Of a stretch of DNA of 34,703 nt, positions 26,422 to 34,703 are shown piece after piece. The translations under genes were made by a program, and so were the position numbers. The notes beneath the pieces are model-generated. The model saw only the letters and a list, made by a program, of their open reading frames with translations. It did no database searches and was not told where the DNA came from. Numbering within the stretch: the first letter of the stretch is position 1; the number at the start of each line of letters is the position of its first letter. The stretch lies in IMG/VR virus record IMGVR_UViG_3300031519_000101, positions 1 through 34,703 of that record. One strand, 5' to 3'. The stretch is from a virus (taxonomy: Duplodnaviria > Caudoviricetes).

Positions 26422-26932
26422 GATAATAAAGCGTGGTAACTTTTACCTTACGCCTTTTACCGATGGTCATGTTGAAGAAGTAATTGCTAACTTGGCTCCA
26501 GAAAATGTCAGGGAGATAAATCTCCTTGGCTACACAAACGTCAGAGAGTGCATAGAAGAGATGATGCATCATGCTGATTGTTATTTGGTACGCAAAGATG
26601 GTGAAATATTTACCGCAATATCTGGTCTTTGGTATGAAGAAGGTGTAGAAACACCGCAGTTTTTTGCTATGTTTTCTAAGAATATTAAAGAAAACTTTAC
26701 TTCTATGGCGCGTGGATCACGTATGTTAGTGAATTTTTTTGATAGGACGCAAGACGAAATGTCTATGCGTATATTAGGCGAACATCAGTTTATGTTAGAT
26801 TGGGCTTCTTGGTTAGGCTTTGAGGCAGTAGGTATAACTCAATTTAATTCTAAGCATTATGTTGATTTTGTGCGTTGCATTTCCCCACAAAAAAGTGCTT
26901 ATAGTGAAACATCACGGCCCGTGATGCACTGA
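26411..26932 (+). CDS. GNAT-fold / T7 gp13-like (DUF2833-like) protein
   Basis: NL..E..REI...G at the N-terminus and W..WLGF at the C-terminus. Confidence 0.6.
   Translation: MEAKIIKRGNFYLTPFTDGHVEEVIANLAPENVREINLLGYTNVRECIEEMMHHADCYLVRKDGEIFTAISGLWYEEGVETPQFFAMFSKNIKENFTSMARGSRMLVNFFDRTQDEMSMRILGEHQFMLDWASWLGFEAVGITQFNSKHYVDFVRCISPQKSAYSETSRPVMH
26866..26905 (+). promoter_or_regulatory. Putative capsid promoter (TTTTGTGCG-TTGCAT-19 nt-TATAGT)
   Basis: Repeated late motif plus a -10-like hexamer about 105 nt upstream of the capsid ATG. Confidence 0.6.
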
Positions 26933-27010
26933 AAGGCCCATTTGGATACCCTTGTCGATGTGAAGGAACGGATACCCGAGTAACCGAAACTTTATATTTA
27001 GGAAAAGAAA

Positions 27011-27820
27011 ATGGCTAATACTATCGACCAAGCTTTTATTAAGCAGTTCGAATCAGAAGTCCACATGGCGTACCAACGCATGGGTTCTAAGCTTCGCAAC
27101 ACAGTACGTTCAACAAATGTATCTGCATCAGTGGCAAGATTCCAGAAAATCGGAACAGGCACAGCGTCAACCAAAGCACGTAACGGAGATGTTACAGCAA
27201 TGGAACTAGCGCACACTAACGTAGAAGTCACAATGGCTGACTACTACGCAGCGGAATACATTGATAAGTTGGACGAATTAAAGATCAACATTAATGAGCG
27301 TCAAGTTGTAGCTCAATCTGCTGCTGCTGCATTAGGCCGTAAAACAGATGAGTTAATCACAGCAGCAATGGATGCTGGTGCAAACTCAACGCAAATCGCT
27401 GACGTAAGTGGCGCATTAGCAAAAGCTGATTTACTTACATTGTTTGAAACAATGGGTACAGCTGACATTCCAGAAGACGGACAGCGTTATATTGCTATGT
27501 CTCCAGCTGGATATACTGACTTGTTTAACATTAATGAGTTCGCATCAAGTGACTATGTTGGGCCACAAAGCCTACCATTTGCTGGTGGTATGACAATGAA
27601 AGAGTTCTTAGGATTTAAGATCTTCTCAACGTCTGCTGTTGCTGGTGGTAAAAACTTTGCATACCATACATCATCAGTTGGTATCGGTATTAACTCTGAT
27701 GTTGCAACAGAGCTTAACTATGTACCACAGAAGGTTGCACACCTAGCGACATCAATGATGTCAATGGGTTCAGTAGTAATCGACAACAATGGTGTTTACG
27801 AAGTTCTTGACAACAACTAA
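27011..27820 (+). CDS. Major capsid protein
   Basis: MANTIDQAFIKQFESEVHMAYQRMGSKLR...YIDKLDELK...AAAALGRKTD; follows the scaffold and precedes a terminator. Confidence 0.9.
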   Translation: MANTIDQAFIKQFESEVHMAYQRMGSKLRNTVRSTNVSASVARFQKIGTGTASTKARNGDVTAMELAHTNVEVTMADYYAAEYIDKLDELKININERQVVAQSAAAALGRKTDELITAAMDAGANSTQIADVSGALAKADLLTLFETMGTADIPEDGQRYIAMSPAGYTDLFNINEFASSDYVGPQSLPFAGGMTMKEFLGFKIFSTSAVAGGKNFAYHTSSVGIGINSDVATELNYVPQKVAHLATSMMSMGSVVIDNNGVYEVLDNN

Positions 27821-27826
27821 TATTTT

Positions 27827-27846
27827 AGGGGGCTTCGGCCCCCTTT
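27827..27846 (+). terminator. Intrinsic terminator after the capsid gene
   Basis: AGGGGGC-TTCG-GCCCCCT-TT. Confidence 0.85.
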
Positions 27847-27870
27847 AACTCCAATATATAGGTTGAAGAA

Positions 27871-28449
27871 ATGCCAGCAAATACACCAATAAAAGTATGT
27901 TCACGCGCTTCCGTCCTTATGGGCGGTTCTCCTATTTCATCTTTCAGCGATGGCACAGCTGAAGCTGATGTAGTTGACGCAATGTATGAAGATATAGCAA
28001 GAGCTGCGCTGACTAATACGCGCTGGAGATTTGCTACAAAGCAACAATTATTAAATAGATTAGCAGCTGCTCCCACAAGTAGATATAGTGCAGCGTATCA
28101 AATGCCAGCAGATTTACTTATGTTAAGCGCAGTTACAGTAAACGATGATCCAATTATATATGATACATATGGTGACAAAATTTATTGTGATACGTCTACT
28201 AATGAAGTTGTATCTGCAGATTATATATTTAGAGCAGATGAATCTGGGTGGCCTTCATTTTTTACATTAGCTGTTGAGTTCCAAGTTGCCGCAATGCTAT
28301 CGGTATCAATAGCTCGTGATGCTTCTCTAGCAAGTCTAATGGATCAACAGGCCGAAAGGCAAATGATAAAAGCCAGACGACTTGACTCGCAACAGCAAAC
28401 TACACGAAAGCTGTCAACTTCAAGGTTTATAGCTCAGAGGCGTAGTTAA
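27871..28449 (+). CDS. Tail tubular protein A (T7 gp11-like adaptor)
   Basis: CSRA....G..PISSF.DGT.EA, W.FA and AYQ.P.D motifs; gene position. Confidence 0.85.
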   Translation: MPANTPIKVCSRASVLMGGSPISSFSDGTAEADVVDAMYEDIARAALTNTRWRFATKQQLLNRLAAAPTSRYSAAYQMPADLLMLSAVTVNDDPIIYDTYGDKIYCDTSTNEVVSADYIFRADESGWPSFFTLAVEFQVAAMLSVSIARDASLASLMDQQAERQMIKARRLDSQQQTTRKLSTSRFIAQRRS

Positions 28450-30638
28450 TGCAGAAGGTTAGAATCCCACAGAATAGTTTTCAGTTTGGTGAAATTAGTA
28501 ACAATACTGTAATGAGGACTGATAGTCCTATTTATGCTGCGTCTGCTCAAAGCTTAGAAAACATGATTGTCTTGCCAGAAGGCGCAGTAAAAAAACGCCA
28601 TGGTACAAAGTTTATATATAAAAATGCACAAGCAAATAAAAAATTACACTTAGCTCCTTTTATTTTTGACGACAATGAAGAGTATATTATAGGAATAGGT
28701 GAAGGTTATATTTTCTGTTGGAGATTATTAACTGATGGTACAATAAGTTTAGTATCAACAATTACGTTAGATACTTCTAGCAACGCTTTACCTTTTGATG
28801 AAGACTATTTACACCAATATAATACAGCTCAGTATGGTGATGTCATGTTTATATGCCACCCATTGTTTGCCCCTCGTATGCTTACACGTACATCGCTTAC
28901 AGCTTTTGAATTAAGTGTTTATAGTTTTGATACAGATTATAGTGGTAAAGACACAAGACAACCATACAGTAAATTTCATCCATCAAATGTTACTTTAACG
29001 TCTAATAATACTTTTGCAGGCACAACAACAACTATTGGAGTAAGTGCGCCTTATTTTAAAACGGATGGTTCGCATATTGGCGTAACCTTGCGTCACAATG
29101 GATGTGAGCTTTTAATTACATCTGTAAGTAGCACTGTTAATGCGAATGCTACAGTTATCAAAACTTTAAAACAAAGATTGTCTGTGTTGAATCCATTAAG
29201 AACAAAATCTGGAAGCGATAGAGTTGAAATTACACATATAAATCATGGTTTGGATCAAGCTGCTAGCATTAACATTTCAGATGCAGTCGCCGTTGGTGGT
29301 TTAAATGCTAGTCATATTAATGGCACTAGAAATATAATTGAAATAATAGATGACAATACATATTTAGTTATAGCTGCAACTAACGCAAACGCTTCAGAAG
29401 ATGGAGGGGGTTATGTTAGCATAACATCAGGTGCAGCTACACGTAATTGGGATGAACAATCATTTTCTGCAGTGCGAGGATACCCTGCTGCAGTTACATT
29501 CCATGAAAATAGATTATGTTTTGCTGGCACTATAGCGGAGCCAGATACAATTTGGATGTCTAAGATCGGTAGCTTCTTCAACTTCGATGTTGGTAATGCT
29601 GATGATACAGACTCAATAAATTTAGTTGCAGCTACAGGTGATGTTAATGAAATAAGATATTTAAGATCTAATCGTGACTTGCAGATATTTACATTGTCAG
29701 ATGAACTATATGTTCCAACATATCTTAACCAAGCAATAACACCAACAAATGCACAAATAAGAAAACAAACACCATTTGGTAGTGAGTTTGTTTTGCCTAC
29801 TTCTATTGATGGGGCTACTATATTTGTTGAGCGTGGCGGTAGAGCAGTAAGAGAATACATATATTCTGATTCAGAAGATGCGTATATATCTACAGCAGTA
29901 TCTACTGTTGCCACACATCTTATTAATAACCCAGTAGATATAGCTGTTGTTCATTCTGGATTTGAAACACAAGAATCTTATGCAGCATTAGTTATGTCTA
30001 ATGGAGATATGGCTTTGTTTAGTTCTAATAGGTCAGAAAAACGTGCAGCTTGGACTAATGTTACAACGCAAGGCAGTTTCTTAGCAACAACTGCTATTGG
30101 GGCTAGATTGTTTGCATATAGTGTAAACGCAGATGGTAACTATGTGTTGTCTGAGTTTAAACATGACATAGGTTTAGATGATTATCTACATTACGGTTAT
30201 GGCAATGGTACTATAAACGTAAGTAATTTGTATTCATCTGGCACAGTAGATGTAATAGGAAGTAATAGTAATGGTAGCGTTTACTTGGGCCAATTTACTG
30301 TAAGTGGTGGTAATATTGATGTAACAGGACACAATACTTATGTTCATTACTATATTGGCAAAAAGTTTACAGCTAAAATTATTACTAATCCAGTAGACAC
30401 TATAGCAGGAAATGGCCCAGTTACAGGTGATATACGCGGTATAAGTACAGTTGTACTAAATGTTAAAGATTGTGATTCATTAAAAATAAACAATAGAGTT
30501 GTAAGTAATACTACTGGATTTACAGGCAATAAAGAGGTTAGGCTATTGGGATACAATAGAAATCCACAAGTTACTATTGAGCAAGATAATCCCATGCCGT
30601 TACAAGTTAATGGTTTAATATCGGAGTTAATTACATGA
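28449..30638 (+). CDS. Tail tubular protein B (T7 gp12-like nozzle)
   Basis: Q.SF..GEI, N.IV...G...KR.GT, GYP..VTFHENRL.FAG and IWMS..G.FFNF motifs. Confidence 0.9.
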   Translation: MQKVRIPQNSFQFGEISNNTVMRTDSPIYAASAQSLENMIVLPEGAVKKRHGTKFIYKNAQANKKLHLAPFIFDDNEEYIIGIGEGYIFCWRLLTDGTISLVSTITLDTSSNALPFDEDYLHQYNTAQYGDVMFICHPLFAPRMLTRTSLTAFELSVYSFDTDYSGKDTRQPYSKFHPSNVTLTSNNTFAGTTTTIGVSAPYFKTDGSHIGVTLRHNGCELLITSVSSTVNANATVIKTLKQRLSVLNPLRTKSGSDRVEITHINHGLDQAASINISDAVAVGGLNASHINGTRNIIEIIDDNTYLVIAATNANASEDGGGYVSITSGAATRNWDEQSFSAVRGYPAAVTFHENRLCFAGTIAEPDTIWMSKIGSFFNFDVGNADDTDSINLVAATGDVNEIRYLRSNRDLQIFTLSDELYVPTYLNQAITPTNAQIRKQTPFGSEFVLPTSIDGATIFVERGGRAVREYIYSDSEDAYISTAVSTVATHLINNPVDIAVVHSGFETQESYAALVMSNGDMALFSSNRSEKRAAWTNVTTQGSFLATTAIGARLFAYSVNADGNYVLSEFKHDIGLDDYLHYGYGNGTINVSNLYSSGTVDVIGSNSNGSVYLGQFTVSGGNIDVTGHNTYVHYYIGKKFTAKIITNPVDTIAGNGPVTGDIRGISTVVLNVKDCDSLKINNRVVSNTTGFTGNKEVRLLGYNRNPQVTIEQDNPMPLQVNGLISELIT

Positions 30639-31087
30639 GTTGGCAATTAATTGGAGCTGGTATATCAGCAATGGCAGCTTTACAGGCTGGGGCTGCTAGG
30701 CAAGATGCAGCCAGAATGGATGCATTTAACACTGAAACTGAACGTGAGCAGGGCGAAGTGTTAGCATTACAACAAGCTGCATCGCGCAGATATGAATACG
30801 ATATTGCAACAAAAACAAATGTAGCAATGTTTGCAGCTAGCGGTCGTGACATAGGATCAGATAGATCTGTTGAAGCATTTTTAGAAAAACAAAAAGAAAT
30901 TGCAGCTACAGATCTTAGTAGGTTAGCTGAGCAAAGAAGACGAGAAGCAAGCGCAAGAACTAGAGAATCTATGGCATTACGTCGTAGCGGCAGAAATGCT
31001 AAACGTGCATCATTACTTCAAGCTGCTGGAACTATGGCGCAAGGCATATCTGACTATCAAAAAACTGCTGGAACAGGAGGTCAGTAA
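30635..31087 (+). CDS. Internal virion protein (gp14-like position)
   Basis: Ala-rich hydrophobic N-terminus; AASG..GS motif; follows the nozzle. Confidence 0.7.
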   Translation: MSWQLIGAGISAMAALQAGAARQDAARMDAFNTETEREQGEVLALQQAASRRYEYDIATKTNVAMFAASGRDIGSDRSVEAFLEKQKEIAATDLSRLAEQRRREASARTRESMALRRSGRNAKRASLLQAAGTMAQGISDYQKTAGTGGQ

Positions 31088-34000
31088 ATGGCTGTAATTA
31101 GACAACAAACGCAAGTCTTTAATAAGCCAGTTGGTGTTCGTAGAATAAATACAGGTGAAGCTGAGTTATGGGAGCAAGTGGCTTCATCAGCAGATGAATT
31201 TCGCAAAAGAGCATTTGAAAAGGCAGCACTAGAAGCAAAGCAAGCTGGAGCTATGAAGGGCATGTCCGTAGCAAGCGGTGAAATATCAGCTATTGATCCA
31301 GAAACAAATCAACCTGTAGCATTTAAAGCACCAGCAAACACTGGGTCAATTTATTCATTAGCTTATCAAGATGTAATAACTAGACGTTTTGAAGAGTCAG
31401 TAAGCACTGAGTTAAAAGCTCAAGGCTCTTATTACGCAAAAAATGCTACAAGTGCAGACGAATATAAAATTGCCATTAGTGGTCACGTAGGCAATATGAT
31501 TAAAGCTGGCGGTGATGATACATACTTTAGTCGGTATATTGAAGAAACAGGGCAAGCTTATGTAGATAGCACATATGTAGCTATGAAGGCTAAAGAAACA
31601 GAAGCAATTATATTTCAAACTAATACTAATGATTACCTAGCAGGGTTAGAATCTGAGCATACAATAAGATTAAATATACAATCAAACAATTTAAATGATG
31701 TAGCTAAAGGTTTAGACGCTGAAGAAAAAAGAGCGCGTAACTTATTTGATACAAAATACCTTACACTTGCTCAATACGAAGCAAAGAAAAATATATACAG
31801 AGGTTTAAGATCTTTATCAAATAATGTAAAATTAACTAATTTATATACCTCAATGTCAAAAGATGAAAAAATTGCATTTATATCAAGCCTAGATAATCCA
31901 TCAGAAATAACAAACCCTGTAGTTAGAACAATGGCAATCAATGCGTTAGTTGGTGCTAATAAAAATACTTTAATTGAAGGTTTTAAGGCAATAGATACAA
32001 GGGCTGAAGATGTAGTAGTGTCAGTCGTTGATGCGGAAACTTCTGCACTTATAAACCAAATAAATAAAAATATGGATTATAACGAAATACAAGAATTAAC
32101 ATCTTCTATCGAAGATAGGGAGATACGAAAACAAGTTTTTAACAATTTGTCAAAAGATCATTTAAATAAATCTCTTGATTTTTATGCTCAAAATTCAAAT
32201 GCAGCATCAGCACTTATAAATGAATTAAGAAGTGCAGAGCCAAATGGAGTTAATTTAACTAAAATTATACAAGAAGCATACAACAACAATAACCCAGATG
32301 CACAAGATGTTCCAGATATTGTGCAGTTTATACAAGATATGGAGCCAGAAGACAGAGTAAGCTATGCTGAATCATTATCTGCAAGGCTGCCAAGCATTAA
32401 AGCGTTAGAAACACAAAGCGAAAATGAATGGGAAATTAATGCACGAGGTAAAATAAGAAACATAGAAACACTTATTGACTATCAAAGAATAAAAAAATCA
32501 ATTCTTGATAATAAAAAACTAGTTAATCAAGATAAATTACTAGGTGTAGCAGCTGAAAAATTTGCAGACGTAATGAGCAACCAAGCAAAAAGTATAGCTT
32601 TATCGCATGAAGAAATGTCAAATGTACGCAACGCAATAAATGATAAAAGTTTTGCATCGAGCTTAACAATTACAGAAAAAGCTGCATATGATTATTATAA
32701 AAAAGCACATGACATTACGCCATCATCTGTCAATGCTACAATGTCTAATAGATTAGATGCTATTGTTAAAGTTAATGAAAACCTTGGGCATGAAGTAAAG
32801 ATTAAAGCGATCAAAGGCTCATTAGAAAAAGGTATAAACGTAGACACACAAGAATTAGAATATTTACAAAAAGAAATAATGGGAGAAGAAATATTTTTAA
32901 CTGCGGAAAATATTGAAAATTACCCTATAATGACAGACGCTCTTAAAAAAGGAATTATGTTTCCAGCTTTTAAAAGTTTTTTTAATTCTGCGGTTACTTC
33001 TACAAATGAAGCTACAGTTGCTAAAGCTGGTAATTTGTTTGAAGAAATGACTAAAGTTAAAGTAAATTCAGAGGGTATGTCTTATCAAATTGATATGCTT
33101 AAAGCAAATATGAAACCAGAAACATACGCTCAATTAAATGCAGCAGCCGTTATAGCAAGAGCTGAATACACTACACCATTCTTAGTAATATCAGAGCTTA
33201 GACAATACGATGGCAATTTAGACGAAGACGTTTTAGCTGATTATAATAATTCTACAGGTGGTAATTTAAAGAAAATAAAAAGCATATTTGATGATAGAAA
33301 CGTATCGCCAAATTTTAGAAAAGAATTAAGCATTGCAATTAAAATGCAAAAAGCAAGAGGCGTACAAATTACAGAAGAAGCAGTAGATACTATTGTTGAA
33401 AACTATATTGAAACAAACAATATGGGTAGAGATACAAATGTTATTTCCCCACATATAGATGGAGCAACAGCTTATCCTGTTCTTTCGTTTATAAATGAAG
33501 TAAATTTTACACAAAATAGAATAGCTTTAACAAAAGCAATCGCACAAGATGATGCATACAGCCCATTATTAAAAGGTGGAACTAAACTTGACCAAGCTAG
33601 AGAGCTGGCTAAAGATCTTACATTACAAAATTTACCAACAATGTTAAGAGGTATAGTAGAAAGTTTTAAAGGGCAGTACCAAGCAAGGTCAGAATTAGCT
33701 GATGTTAATTTAACAAAAGAAGGTCATAAAGTTTTAAATACAGATTTGTTTTGGAAGCCAGATTTAATGTCATTTGCTAATGGTGTGCCAAAATACACTG
33801 CGCAATACAAAGATGTAAATAATACTTTTCAAGATCTAATAGTTAATGGTGAACCTTGGGCATTAGAACGTATAGGTGACTACAGGGATGAATTTAGAAG
33901 CGTTGCTCACAAAGAATTTATTGCAAAATTAAAAAGTACAAAGCCAAAAATAAAAGCTGAAGGTTACATTAATTATCAAGCTACATTAAAACACATGACG

Positions 34001-34207
34001 TTTGCAGAATTTAAAAAAGACCCAGAGTATAATGAGTTAGTAGCTGCATATGGCAATGAGGAAGAAGTTAAAATAGCATACGCTTCGCAAAGATTAAGAT
34101 GGAACGCTCAATCAAATAATGCATTTAGAGAACAGTTAATGAATCTTAATATAAAAGATGCGGCCTTACAGTATTTAAAAGGCGTTGAAGGAATAGGACA
34201 AAAATAA
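31088..34207 (+). CDS. Large internal virion protein (gp15-like position)
   Basis: 1039-aa helical-looking ORF with GGAGG RBS, in the ejection-protein block. Confidence 0.7.
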   Translation: MAVIRQQTQVFNKPVGVRRINTGEAELWEQVASSADEFRKRAFEKAALEAKQAGAMKGMSVASGEISAIDPETNQPVAFKAPANTGSIYSLAYQDVITRRFEESVSTELKAQGSYYAKNATSADEYKIAISGHVGNMIKAGGDDTYFSRYIEETGQAYVDSTYVAMKAKETEAIIFQTNTNDYLAGLESEHTIRLNIQSNNLNDVAKGLDAEEKRARNLFDTKYLTLAQYEAKKNIYRGLRSLSNNVKLTNLYTSMSKDEKIAFISSLDNPSEITNPVVRTMAINALVGANKNTLIEGFKAIDTRAEDVVVSVVDAETSALINQINKNMDYNEIQELTSSIEDREIRKQVFNNLSKDHLNKSLDFYAQNSNAASALINELRSAEPNGVNLTKIIQEAYNNNNPDAQDVPDIVQFIQDMEPEDRVSYAESLSARLPSIKALETQSENEWEINARGKIRNIETLIDYQRIKKSILDNKKLVNQDKLLGVAAEKFADVMSNQAKSIALSHEEMSNVRNAINDKSFASSLTITEKAAYDYYKKAHDITPSSVNATMSNRLDAIVKVNENLGHEVKIKAIKGSLEKGINVDTQELEYLQKEIMGEEIFLTAENIENYPIMTDALKKGIMFPAFKSFFNSAVTSTNEATVAKAGNLFEEMTKVKVNSEGMSYQIDMLKANMKPETYAQLNAAAVIARAEYTTPFLVISELRQYDGNLDEDVLADYNNSTGGNLKKIKSIFDDRNVSPNFRKELSIAIKMQKARGVQITEEAVDTIVENYIETNNMGRDTNVISPHIDGATAYPVLSFINEVNFTQNRIALTKAIAQDDAYSPLLKGGTKLDQARELAKDLTLQNLPTMLRGIVESFKGQYQARSELADVNLTKEGHKVLNTDLFWKPDLMSFANGVPKYTAQYKDVNNTFQDLIVNGEPWALERIGDYRDEFRSVAHKEFIAKLKSTKPKIKAEGYINYQATLKHMTFAEFKKDPEYNELVAAYGNEEEVKIAYASQRLRWNAQSNNAFREQLMNLNIKDAALQYLKGVEGIGQK

Positions 34208-34703
34208 TGGCTGAAATTGAAATTAAACCATCAGCCCCATTTGTAAAAGGCAAACCACCATTACCAAGAGACAGAGAAGGCCCTTCATTTGGAGAAACCT
34301 TTAGTGCTAATTGGAGTAAAGTGCTTAGCCCAATAGTTGACCAAAACAAATTCTTTACAAATTCAGAAGTGTATGATGAGGAATCGCAAGTAAGAGTCGA
34401 TAACCATATTGACAGTAATGATTTAAGTAAAGGAGAAGAACAACATTTAAAAATGTTTGGTATTGGTAGCGCAGAAAGATTTGCTGAATCAGTTGATTAC
34501 ATTAAAAAACAAAGAATAAACAATGATATATTAAACAGATCATCTGGCGGTGCGCTTATATTTAGTGATCCTTCTGTAGCATTATCTTTTTTTGTACCTG
34601 TTGCTGGCGTACAATTTAGCAAGCTAATTGGTAAAGCATTATATACTGCTGGCAACAAAGGTGGGCTTAGACAAATAGCAAGAGCAAATGCGTTAATGTC
34701 TGG
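34207..34703 (+). CDS. N-terminus of the large internal virion protein, truncated at the window end
   Basis: TAATG coupling; MAEIEIKPSAPFVKGKPP... is open for 165 codons to the end of the window. Confidence 0.75.
   Translation, partial: MAEIEIKPSAPFVKGKPPLPRDREGPSFGETFSANWSKVLSPIVDQNKFFTNSEVYDEESQVRVDNHIDSNDLSKGEEQHLKMFGIGSAERFAESVDYIKKQRINNDILNRSSGGALIFSDPSVALSFFVPVAGVQFSKLIGKALYTAGNKGGLRQIARANALMS

Overview
Near-complete (~34.7 kb) genome of a tailed dsDNA bacteriophage with podovirus-type morphogenesis genes. The + strand carries TerS, TerL, portal, scaffold, a GNAT/gp13-like protein, capsid, tail tubular A/B, three internal virion proteins, two tail fibres and lysis genes. A convergent - strand early block carries XRE/HTH regulators, a Holliday junction resolvase, a lambda-O-like replication initiator with an internal origin, a YqaJ exonuclease, a Rad52-like annealase and an SSB. 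I see no RNA polymerase, DNA polymerase, primase, helicase or integrase. The layout resembles marine alphaproteobacterial podophages (HTVC010P/BPP-1-like; inference). Main unexplained features: (1) a coupled cassette of five signal-peptide, Cys-pair proteins between tail fibre and lysis genes, including a pilin-like subunit, a chaperone-like protein and two beta-hairpin proteins, which may be a phage-encoded fimbria-like export system; (2) a ~440-nt, strand-specific, multi-domain structured non-coding element between the early genes and TerS; (3) a repeated TTGTGCRTTG motif upstream of four late modules; (4) a CTGC-N6-GCAG palindrome at leftward promoter regions. All product calls come from reading motifs and gene order by eye, not from database searches.
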